Source of the DNA: Ptychomitrium polyphyllum
Taxonomy: Eukaryota
Assembly: GCA_973851085.1 (NCBI GenBank)
Contig: OZ316775.1
Location: 10,664,001-10,728,000, forward strand
DNA: 64,000 nucleotides
Reading direction: 5' to 3'
The stretch's first letter is position 1. Each line of letters starts with the position of its first letter. A program made the position numbers and the translations under genes. The notes under the pieces are model-generated. The model was not told the origin of the DNA and searched no databases. It worked only from the letters and a program-made list of their open reading frames with translations. Below, piece by piece: positions 37,801 through 49,200 of the stretch.

Positions 37801-40539
37801 GAATAGTCACACTAATGTGGATAGATTGGATTGTATTCAATTATATTTTATGAATATTATGAAATTTGGTATTGAAATTCAAATATATATTACATGAATC
37901 TAGCATTCTTTAATGATATTGCAAATACTCTCTTTCAAAAATACACTTTTATCTTTTAAAAGTATATATTTTATATTAAAACCTTTTTCAATTGATGAGT
38001 ACAAAAGAATGTGCATGGAATTACTAGATCCATGTTTTTATGCATTCATTATCATATATTTTACTATTGTTTATTATTGACTTTCAAATGAATTGCTTTC
38101 ATTGAAAAATGATGTAATTTCTATAAAAAAAACCATGTGTTTAATAGCAGCTTCCAAATGTAAACAAATTCTAAAGCATTAAATGAAAAGGCTTCAATAT
38201 CTGGAGGTTTGTATATTTTTGAACTAAATATATCATATGATCACTGTTATATTAATATGTAAATATTTCTAATGATATCATAGTTAAATAACATAAATTT
38301 TAAACTGTTCTATTTTTTCTCAATTTTTTTTCAAAAACTGGAAAATGTTATGTATTTTTTTATGTGTTAATAATTCTTAGACAATATGCATTTATAAATT
38401 TATTTTGTATTTCAAAATAAACTAGCTTCTATTATTTAAAAACATATTAGATTTACAATTATGCAAACACTATTTTCTTTTATCAAAATAATAAAATTAA
38501 ATTTAAAAGTTAAGGATTGCCTGTTTAATTATCACCTAACCATGAAGATCTTTCCATAGTTGATTCATGTTTGTCTAAAAAAGTTTCATTTAATTGAATC
38601 CAATAAATAAAGTTATCAAATTATTACATTGTAATAATTTTGTGTAAAAGGAAACTTTAAGAATTTCTAAGTTTGTAAGCATAGAATTTCCAATTCAATA
38701 CAATACCTTCTTCATTATAAGCCATAGAGTCTTTATTTTTTGTTAATTCCTTTTGGAAGATTTAGATATTTATTTTGGCAAGTTTTAATTCAAGCTTAAG
38801 GCTTAGCTTTTGAATTCAAACAATTTTTTTAAGTTTCTAGTTTTATAAATAAATACTTAACTAGAATTTATAAGGTAGGTTTTGTCTATATTCTTTCCTT
38901 TTTATATTGAAAAAGATACAAAAAACTGTTAAAGGCATGAAACCATAGAAAATATTCTACAATATTGATGAGGTTATTTATTTTTATGATTCAAAATATA
39001 ATCTCTAAAAATTGTATAAATTGGAAATCTACAATTGTATGTGATTTTGAAGTAGGCCATAATTATATTAACATTTGAGTGCACTTTTCAATTATAAATG
39101 AAGAATGATAATATTTTTAATAATTAAAAAAATATATCCTTATATTTGAATTTAGAAACAAATTACACATTATAATGAATGCATGTAGCAACAAAAAGTG
39201 ATGAATTGGATTCATATGTAGCTTTAGTTTGGTAATTCTTTTAATAACAACATTATACTTTTAATAATAGATGATTATTAAAAAAATTACTTTGGTGATT
39301 TGAAAAATGAAATCATTATAAGAGTATTGTTTTGAATTTAATTCAAATAATTTATAGCTTTGACTCCAATATATTTTATAAATGTATTTGTTAAAAAGTA
39401 TTATTCATTTTTACATGTAAAATTTCACTTATTATTTCAAAACCATAGAAGTCCTTTGAACTTTAATGATTTAAAAAGAAGTTTTATCTTTGTATCTTTT
39501 TATGTTTAACCAATAACTTTCATATCAATCCATATTATTAACTTCATGGTTATTTTAAAATTCTAATCTTGTCCATTTACAATCTTAAATTAGACCTCAT
39601 TATGTTTTTGACAATGACCACTTTTGATATAATCTACCCACTAATTTGTGATGCAATTCATCATTTAAATGTATTTTATAAAAAGAAAATTTTAAAACAA
39701 ATGTACCTACTCGATTCATTTAGAAATTTGGTAGTTCCAATTTAGAGATATGATAACTATTAAAGAACAAGAAAGATGAAATAAATTATGATTTATTGTA
39801 TTTGTGAAATTTTTAGATTTTTTGAATGTTCTTAGCTGCTTGATACTGTACAATTTCTGACCTACCTGGTATTATTTTAGTATTTTGACACTAGGGCAAA
39901 AAGCTGTAGGGTATAAAGGATTAACAAACATGAGCGTAACATGCTGATAGTGTGTGTCATTTAAGTTGGAAATTCTGTTAACTATTTATGGCCAATAGCC
40001 ATTTCATTAATGGTAAAAGTAAGACTGAACACCTAAATTTTACCAAGAGTTGCAATTCTGAACTTGAATCCAATGATATAGCTTCAAATTGTGCTGACTA
40101 CTTACAAAGATAATTGCCAGGCACACCACATACATGCTCAATCAACACAGTCTGGAAAATCTGCGACTGATATTACTTTGTCCCAGATCCTCGTAGCCTC
40201 AACACTCCGGACGCAGCAAATTGCCTCGTCGGATTGTTCTATTGAAATTAATGAGGCTGTTCAAGAATCTGAAGAAAATACCTACATCACCTGGACGATC
40301 AGTCTGACCTCAGCAATTTTCAGAGTTCAGCTGTAATTGACTGCATTCCTAATCTACTTAGCCCTTCATCACCGTGTCATGAAATCATAACAAATGATTG
40401 GTAAGCTGTCCAAAGTGCCCTACATGACAGTTGAAGCTCACAAAGTAACGATGCATCAAACTGTGGTCAGACGAAGAAGTTAAGGCTGCAGTAGCAGCAT
40501 TTAGCACTCCCTCCTCTGAAACAGAGGGCCTGGCAAGGA

Positions 40540-42800
40540 GCCCCTGCAGGTCCAAGAGGAAGCGCAGTTGCTAATCGGATTGAAAAAAGCTTCGGAACTC
40601 CTACTATCTAGGCATCTCTCTTTAGGACGTTCATGTCAAGGATGACGACAATTCTTCATGGAGTACTTTCCATAAGAAATAAGGATATGAATAGATGCAA
40701 ATGACACAAATATAGCTATCGCAAAATTACAAAGACAACTCAAGAACTTGCATAGAATGCAGAAAACACATAAGCGGAATTAAAATTATTGCAATGTCAT
40801 GCTTTAGCATCACGACCAGCGCATCAATACAATTCTGAAACGATCTCGTCAATCCCTGGAGCTCCTTCAGTATACAAACCGGATCAAAATTTCTGACGGC
40901 TGCGATAGAATTTTTCAATCGACCACATTACACTCGTATTCAATTAAGCCAAACTGACTTTCATGTTCATTCCTGAATTCACATATTTCTGAAATTGATT
41001 GCTTACCTCTTATACTGCACCATTGCGGTCCTATACTCCAAGAGAAACACGATGGAGCATCTGGCAGCCGTTGTGTCGTTCACTTTTTCGTTTGGATGAG
41101 GCGCCTGAAACCTTCATCAGAGAGAACTACCCGGAACCTCTCCTACTGCACGTCGCCTATCAAACGTATGTCCACAATCTGCAGTAAATGAACAAGGAGA
41201 GATCAAGCGTGGGAGAAAAAGGCACAAGAAAAACTAAACATCTCACATGTCACTACTGGGGCAACATCACGAAAATAGTCTGAAGCTTGGGCTTGTGCAA
41301 CAGCTGAAGAAAGAGATAACCTGCAGAATGATAGGGTGAAGCTCAACGTTGCCGTTGGTATTGATGTCTCTAACAGCGGCAAATTTATATGGGCATTGCT
41401 TTATTTTTTTCAATTTTCTTATTAACAAGTTCCAATCCTTTTGTTCGAATTTCATTTGTTTGTACTAAATCACTTGCAGAATTAAATCCTGTTTTACAAG
41501 ATCCTATATTAGCTATACATCCTCCCCACATTTATGCAGGATAGGATATGTCGCCAGTGCTATTGGTTTTTGCTTATGTTTAACCAAAATAATGAATGGT
41601 ATCTCTGCACTCTATTAGCCAAATGCGAAGGGAAAGTAAGGCCGAAATTTTTGATACTTTCTCTAGCATAACAAATAAGCTGATTACCCAGGAGAGTGCA
41701 AAAAAAGTTCTAAAAAATATATTTGAAAATACCTGTTCTCTTCATCCCAGTTTTGCTTTCATCTTGCGTAGCAATAGTAGCCTGCCCAGACTTCGGCATT
41801 TGGTGTCGCCTTCTTCGCTTTGGTCGAAAGAGCGGCTGAATCTCACGAAGAGTCTGTAATCGCCTCCGTGAGATCTCCGAATCCATAGGACTTTTCCTAC
41901 AATCCTTCTTCTTCATACTCTTGCTCATCTGGATCAAGCCGAATACAATCATCCTCTTCTCAGTCCTCTCTCCACTTTTCTAAGTTTAAGCGCATCAGTT
42001 CATCTCTACTTACTCGGATATTCTTCACTAGTATCTCGAGTTGAATGGTCTTGATGATTCTAAAATTTAATAAACATGAGTTTGATGGTATAATACTTGC
42101 ATTCAGCCAACCTAACAATCTAGGCTTTTTAATAAACAATTTCAAAACCGGCTAAGATTACTGACATGAAACTGCGATCACATTTTAGGTTCTTTAAGTT
42201 CGCACATCTACATTTGACTATTAAAATTACTTTCAACTGACTCTAAAAAAGAAAAAGCTACAAAAAAAGGTGCGGATTTCAAATCTTTGTCCTAGGATAT
42301 TCACGACCAGAGAGTAGGAGTGGGACCGAAGAAACCCTTATACAGGACCAATTGGATCGGATTATAAACTCAACATTAAAAGTGTCAAAAGCTAGCACTC
42401 GGTAGATTGTGACCTACCACTTCATGAACTTATGGTGAAAACACTCGTACAACTCGAATTCCAAAATGCGCACGATCGACTTGCCCTTGAACTGCTCACT
42501 CCTTGCATTTTCAATGAGCTGCGGGGCTGGAACCGCCTCCATGAAATACTCCGCATCCGAAACAATCATTCTCCACTGCAGCATTCAGGTCTGCGCTTTC
42601 CGAACGCTGTACATAACAAAAATCCCGACATCTCCACTAGTGTAAGCCATGGCGCTCGACGAAACAATCCTGAAAACAAATAGAATTCACAAGTGGAAAT
42701 ACAAGACAATAACTGTAAGATTCACTGACCAGAAGCACCGTCGTGTAGCCATCGTCCGGGGCGATATACAATTTCCTCAAGAGTCACAAACTTCTCGTGA
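40540..42800 (-). pseudogene. Decayed gene with two tandem RPA70 N-terminal (Rep-A_N / OB-F) domains
   Basis: Domain 1: 42575-42418 WRMIVSDAEYFMEAVPAPQLIENARSEQFKGKSIVRILEFE, then from 42059 IIKTIQLEILVKN. Domain 2: 41369-41321 DINTNGNVELHPIILQ; 41178-41007 IVDIRLIGDVQ*ERFRVVLSDEG, frameshift, CSIVFLLEYRTAMVQYKR; from 40653 IVVILDMNVLKRDA*IVGVPKLF. These follow the RPA1 N-terminal consensus (PVLQ; ERYRxxLSDG; GSIVxLxEY; IIIxLxxxV..IGxPK). In-frame stops at 41143-41145 and 40608-40610. Confidence 0.75.
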
Positions 42801-43140
42801 AGAACTCTGTTGCGCCTCAGAATCCATGACGACGCTGATTTCGAATTCCACAGCAAACTGCAGGAAGGAGTTGCGCAACTGCCGCGACCGCAGTGTCTCC
42901 CCGATCCGTTCCTGCTTTGCCGCCCCGCCACTCCTCCGTCCCTCCTCTCATTGCAGCTGCAGAGAGGTGCAGACCTCAATCGCTCAGAGAATGCACCCAT
43001 GTTTCATACTCCTCCCCCACGACACTAGTGCGAGATGAATGACTTGTCATGTGTGGATGATATTACGGCTCTTGTCCTTCGTTTGCTGCTAGACGCGTCT
43101 CGTTACTCAGTTCAGCGTTCCTATATGAGATATCAAATAA

Positions 43141-43570
43141 GGGATGCATGTACTTAGAACCGTCACTGCATCAAACCCAGCATTATTTTCTATATTTGTA
43201 CATTTCAGTTCATGAATTCAACTGATGTGTAGCTAATTCCGTAGACATGTACACTGTGGCTGCAACCGCCATTTCCTTGAATTTATTCGTCTTTGTACAT
43301 TGTGCACAGTGAACTACTACATACTTTTGGTAGATAATATCGGTTTTCGGTACAGTGACGGTTGTGGACACTGGCGTGATGGTTGCTTGATTGTGTAAAG
43401 TGTCAGTTGAGAAAATGTTGGTGTTGCATGCGTATTCAAAGGGATGCATGTTCAACACCGTCATTGTACCTTAAACCAGTATTGACCAAGTTGTATGTAG
43501 ATTTCAGTTACAAACATTTTGTAAGTGTATATTGTTGGTTTTAAGTACAGTGACGTATCGGGTATGCATC
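43141..43570. mobile_element. Two adjacent related MITE-like foldback elements
   Basis: Both start gggatgcatgt..accgtca(c/t)tg (43141 and 43441). Both end in the inverted arm gtacagtgacg (~43349 and ~43546), the second closing with atgcatc at 43570. Confidence 0.55.
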
Positions 43571-43831
43571 ATATTCTGCTGATTTCTGTGAATCACGAAG
43601 CCTCCTAGTGAACCTCCTGAATCCAAATTTTAACTAGAATTATAGAATTAGCTTGACGCTTACTTTTCAACTAGCTGGTAATTTCCAGAGGTTGATCCTA
43701 AAAGAGAATGAAATTCAGCTGCAATTGAGATAGTGTTACAAGGCTTGTGCTGAGCAGTCGCGTCATGGTCTCTTGGTCAATGTGGAGGTAGGACTCCCAA
43801 TGAGGGCTGCCATGCAGACTAATCCCAAGTT

Positions 43832-45761
43832 TCATCGCGTATGTCTCTTATGTTCTTTCTTCTTAACTCTTTCAAGTAGCCAATCCATGCCTTCTGGCAA
43901 GCCATCACCAATTTTGGCTGGAGTATCACACTCAAGTAATGTGGTATTAATTAGCAATCAACCCAGCTAGTCATACAAACAGATTAGACACGCTTCGTTC
44001 ACTAGTTGAGATAAGTGATGTACCTGAGCATCCTTGGATCTGCCAAGCTCGATCCCGAATTGCAACAAGGTTCAACCCGGCGGCAACCTGCTCAAAGGTG
44101 CGGAATATGAAATGTAACTATCAGCGTTAAACTGCATTACAGCTGCCCAAGACTGTTAACATGACATTCATACCGAGACCTCTACCTACCTCATCAGCTG
44201 GAAGCGCGTTCTGAAGATCCTGCTTGTTGGCCAGAACAAGCAGTGGAACTCCTACCATCTTCTCTTCCTCCAAGAGCAGGCTCAACTCGTCTCCTGCATT
44301 CAACAATTTCCGTATCTGTTCTGGGAAATCTGCTTCTCAACACTTCGAGAACATGACAAGATAAACAGAAAACCATTATTCAATCATTCATCTTTGTAAT
44401 TTGATTTTTGACGTGTTTATGTACCACTTTCCTCCAGACGGTGCCTATCAGCACAGTCAATAACATACACCTGCACCACCATAAATCCTGCTCAGGTCTT
44501 CAGAAGAAACTGAAAAGGGGAAGGTAACGTAGTGTAAGTTCTCAAATTAACTATCCGCCTTGAGACCTTAATATTCCTCTGCTTACACTCGAAGAATGGC
44601 TGGTCGAAGCAAGTGGCTTGTGTTTAAACCCTAACTCGGTAGAAAGTATTAAATACGCAGTTCTAGGATATTAGCTTGTGAGAGGATGCGCAAAAACGAA
44701 GCAAAAAATCACTCGGCACCAGTTTGTAATAATCCGTTGAGCATGAATCAAACTGCAGAGGCTCTAGCATCGGATGCGATTTCATCAAAGAATATATTGC
44801 AAGGCACAGCAGATTCATTACCAAAGCATCGGTAGCCTCGAAATAGTTCCTCCAATAAGGTCTAATCGCCTTCTGACCTGCAAATAGATTACCATCCCTG
44901 CACCTCCTGTGAACATTCTGACTCGACTAGAAGAAAATGTTGCGAATGCATTTAAAACTCAACCAAAACTTGGTTCGATGAATCAGGAATACTGATGCAC
45001 TCTTCAGACAGAATCTACGACCTGGAATTAGAATTAGCAATCCGCTATACTATTTCAAACTCGAAGATTTACATGTGGTGTTCGAAGTACACACCGCCTA
45101 TGTCCCACACATTGAGCTTAAAGCCCTCGTGGATTAGTGACCTTATGTGAAAGCCCTGTTCCAAAACACAACACAGGACCAAGCCACAGACTATTCAGCA
45201 AGGCAAAAGAGACACAATTCAGCCAATACAACACACAAGCATCGAGCTTATAGATGTTAACCTGGGTAGGCGAAACTGTGTTAATATCTCCATCTGACAA
45301 CGCCCTCAAAATCGTGGTCTTCCCTGCATTGTCCAACCCTAAGAAAAGAATCCTCGCTTCCTGTGGAGAAGTATCAGTGAATCGATCAGGAAATAAGCAG
45401 ATGACAGACTGACTGATTTGTTTTGGCTGAACTCCTGCTCTGTAAATCTTTGTAGAAAGATTCCTTCCTGCTACTGACCTGATTGTCCAGACTCTATATC
45501 TGAGGACTGAAACGTTCGAGATTCTGAAGACGACGCATAACCTTGCAAGGTTGAAGGCATTCAAAATTAGCTGAGTCAGGGAAAAGGCAAGGTTTACTCA
45601 CGCCAACTTGCGACCTGTACAGTCTCCGCAGAAAATCCAGCAATCCCTGCAGATCAATATCCGGTACATGCAATTCAATAGGAACTCAATATTTTTCTGC
45701 ATTTCTTTCTGTACATGTGAAAGAAGTGGTATCGACATTGTGTGAATCTGTCCTTAACCAT
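43832..45761 (-). CDS. ARL3: ADP-ribosylation factor-like GTPase 3 (ciliary ARL3), 9 exons
   Basis: Inferred ATG-only exon 45761-45759; 45646-45602 [15 protein letters not shown]; 45360-45262 [25 protein letters not shown]; 45155-45095 [20 protein letters not shown]; 44877-44822 [19 protein letters not shown]; 44470-44425 [15 protein letters not shown]; ~44293-44190 [27 protein letters not shown]; ~44087-44024 [21 protein letters not shown]; 43917-43832 [40 protein letters not shown] and IRDRxWQIQ favour ARL3 over ARL2. Confidence 0.93.
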
Positions 45762-46223
45762 AGAGATCAATTCCTCTGCACTAAAAAGTGCTTTCAACAA
45801 AACATAACAGCCTGACCCTCTGATGAGACTGTGGGCAATGAAGAGTGAAAACCGCAGGCTCCTATTGCCTTCATACTTCTCAATGCTGGTTCCTGTAGTA
45901 AACCATGACATTCTGAAGACAACAAGTGACCTGATTTATCCGAATTTCTGAGAGAGTGAATGATGTGAGAAGATGAGTATTTAGCATTGGTACCATAGCT
46001 GCAGATCAAAGAACCCGTTTGGGAGCCTTCAAATTATAGCCATGGCTGAAGCAAGCAACTGGAGCCATTAAATGTAAACGTAAACGTAAACGTAGTTTGT
46101 GGCAATGAATTATACTTAGTGCAGTTGCTCAGGCAGAATTTGAAGCAATCACAATTATTTCGGAAATGTATCAATAACCTTAGAAACCTGTTTCATCAAA
46201 GTGAAGTGTAACAATTGTGGCTT

Positions 46224-49200
46224 TTAAAACACGAATGGAATGGAAAGGGATGATGCTCCCAACGTTGGATATATCCAACAGCGGCCTTCCAGCTCTTGGG
46301 AAGTAGGTGACACATGAACCGTTTGGATGCATTCAACGTCAAGATCATCCTCCTTTTTTACCATGAAATCTACTAGGGCACAAGTTGATATTGGAATGTA
46401 CAAGGGGAGTTCAGTTGTCCGTTTCAAGGATACTTAGGACATTCAGAACACTAGGGTGAAATAACTTGTTACGACCAGAATTAGAAGTTTTTTATTTTAC
46501 AAACATTGTATAAATTTTCAACAATTTTTGGTGGAGAATAAATAAGGTTTGAAGACTAATGCAACTAAAGACATGTTTTTGATACACCTAGAATTAGTTA
46601 TGATGTTTTAAAGGGGCCATTTTCCTAATACCAAAAAGGGACCAATTTATTAACCACCTCAACAACAATCATTAATCACCACTTATTATATGCACAACAT
46701 CCAAACTTCTCTTAATAATTAACATGCAATTGGCATATGTTCCTCAAAATTTGAATAAATTCTCTTTCTTCTCTAGTATGATAATAGTCATGATCTTATT
46801 TACATTCAATCTCAACCCATTATCACCACTCACCAAACCTAAACTAACCATGACAAGAGTTTGGTGATGAATGATAATGCACATGATGGATTTTAGGCTT
46901 GTTGTGGCTTGTGGTAATGGGTGGAAGGTGGTAAAGGGTAGTTCTACAGTAGTTGATCATTCCTAACTCACGAGATTCAGCAATTGGTGGTTCTATACAA
47001 ATTAACTCAAATTCAAAATAACCACAAGTGTAATATGTCCTCAAAACTTCTGTGGAAGGTAATACTTCTGGATCAGGAAGCTAAGAATGTTAATTCCTTC
47101 ACTTGAGTTTCATGATAGGTGGATGGCTTTCTTGCATAATTCATCAAAATCTGATCATCAGATGATGTATGTGATACCTGAATTTTATGTCAGAGATTGA
47201 GCATCACAATATGCAGAGATCTTCCATACTATCTGATGATTGAATCTCAGAGGCTGTTTAACATGCTGCACATGGACTAGCTAATTCTTGAGCTTTAGAC
47301 ATGCACAGCTAACTGATACTGAGCAGTTGCGCAGCTGTGCAAACATGTCTGAGGTCTTTCCACTGACGGTAGTCCTTGGTTTATGCTTGGAAAGGTGACT
47401 CTTGAAGTTTGAGCTTGGCTGGCAAACAATTTGATATCTAACAGTCACTTGAACTCATCATGAGTTGGGAGTGTCATCACCAGTGGTGATGAATTGGATT
47501 CTGCAGAAGGACCTACTTTTGCCCTAATATGGAAGCAGATTGTAAGTGAAGGATTATGAAAAGCTTCAGATTCCTAGTTTCTTCTATTCAACTGTACCTA
47601 TTTCCTTGAGACACATTTGCCATCTGTGCTTGTTGTTCTAAATGTGGGAATCTTTCTGTGCATTCAGCAGAAGCAATCAAACTTGAACAACATTGTTGAA
47701 AACCAATTATTTGAATCCACTCCACATGCCCCATTTGTACCATAATATATCACATACATTATATGACGCAAAATGAAGTATAGATGCATTCACATTCATC
47801 CATAACACCCAATATCTATTGTCTAATTTTTGCATCTTACTTGTAAACATTAGGGGATTATATCACACCATCATGTTATACCATATGTTAAATCACAACT
47901 GCTCCCAATCCAACTGACCATGGTGGTAACTGATCAATGAAGATTTTAGCACATAGTGGGAGCTTGAAAAACATGTTTACAAAAGGTTCACCTAGTGTGT
48001 TGTGAAGTTGTATATCATGTTTACATTACAAAGCTTTGAAGATGTAGTTTGAGAGTGAGTTTTTCAATGGTGAATGGAGGTATTTGGCTTGCAAGTGGAG
48101 TATGGACCTAGCAGCTTCAATTTGCACTATGCAGCCTATGTCTTCCTTTGCAGTAAAAACCCAAAGACTTGAAATATCCATCCCTACAGCTTTCTACACG
48201 ACCGTCTAAGGTGTCTTTAGATTGGCTCTATAGCTTTACAAGTAGTTCATTGATGTAAGTACTATGTCTGATTTATTCATAAGCTAAAATAAAAATACCA
48301 AACTCTGGCTTATGAATAAATCAGACATAATACTTATGTTTATCAACTACTTATAAAGCTTTAGATTGCCATAAATGGTTATGTAGAAATTTCATTGCAA
48401 TATCAGAAACAATTCCTGAGAACTCCTAAATCTTATACCGGACTCAAGTGGACTAAACTTACACAGAACATTCATACACAGCAGATATCACTACTTTGGG
48501 CTTACATGGGAACTCCATGGGCTAAGATATCAATCACTTGATTGAGACATCAAAGCTTGAAAGTGATAACAAAAATACAGTTCGTCCCTTTGATTATATT
48601 TTATCAGGTCTGACTTTGAATTTGAGTACTGAACTCAGGGAACATAAATTCACTCAGTAATTTAGCTTTCCTGCATACCATCTTCAGATGTGTCCTTTTA
48701 GAAACAGAAAGTATTTCCTGAGTGCCAGAAAGTATTTCCTGAGTGCCAGAAAGTATTTCCTGTGTGCCAGAAAGTACTGCTTACCTGCTTGCAATGCAGA
48801 TGGATTGTATCCGTTTCTTCATAGCTGGCTATATGCAGACTCACTCTGCTTGCCTGCAAGTCTTACCTTTTACATGGTTCACAATTTACCACCAATGCAC
48901 CCCTAAACTTGTCTGGCTTTGGCTGGATTTGTTGGACACATTGTCAACAACACTCAGTGTACTTTGTTCAATAGATATCTGAACATTGTCCAACTAGAAA
49001 CTGTACTACACAATCTGAAATTTTGGATTCAGTAAGCAAAGTGTACTTCTTAATTTTGGGAGTGCACTAAACATCACAGGATTCAAGAAGAGGGCTAATT
49101 GCAGCCTAAAATGGATTAAGAAAAGGAGTTACAAACCTCAAAGTCCTGATTATAGTGACTTGCAGTGTGCTCGCAATATGCTTGTGCTGGGGAGGGAATC

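Noticed and set aside
37400..39850. Very AT-rich tract as a possible Helitron or other TE
   Set aside because: Probably eroded TE sequence, but I found no terminus or protein motif to support a call.
42649..43038. Overlapping ORFs 42649-43038 (+) and 42722-43000 (-)
   Set aside because: GC-rich 5' region of the RPA70N-like gene; the peptides have no recognisable features.
45118..45564. Calling the GTPase ARL2/TITAN5 or ARF1
   Set aside because: The spliced sequence has PTQGF, IRPYW and IRDRAWQIQ, which are ARL3-type; ARL2 has PTLGF.
48688..48982. ORF RKYFLSA x3 and a possible CRISPR-like array
   Set aside because: Head-to-tail 21-bp repeat with no spacers and no cas genes, in eukaryotic DNA.
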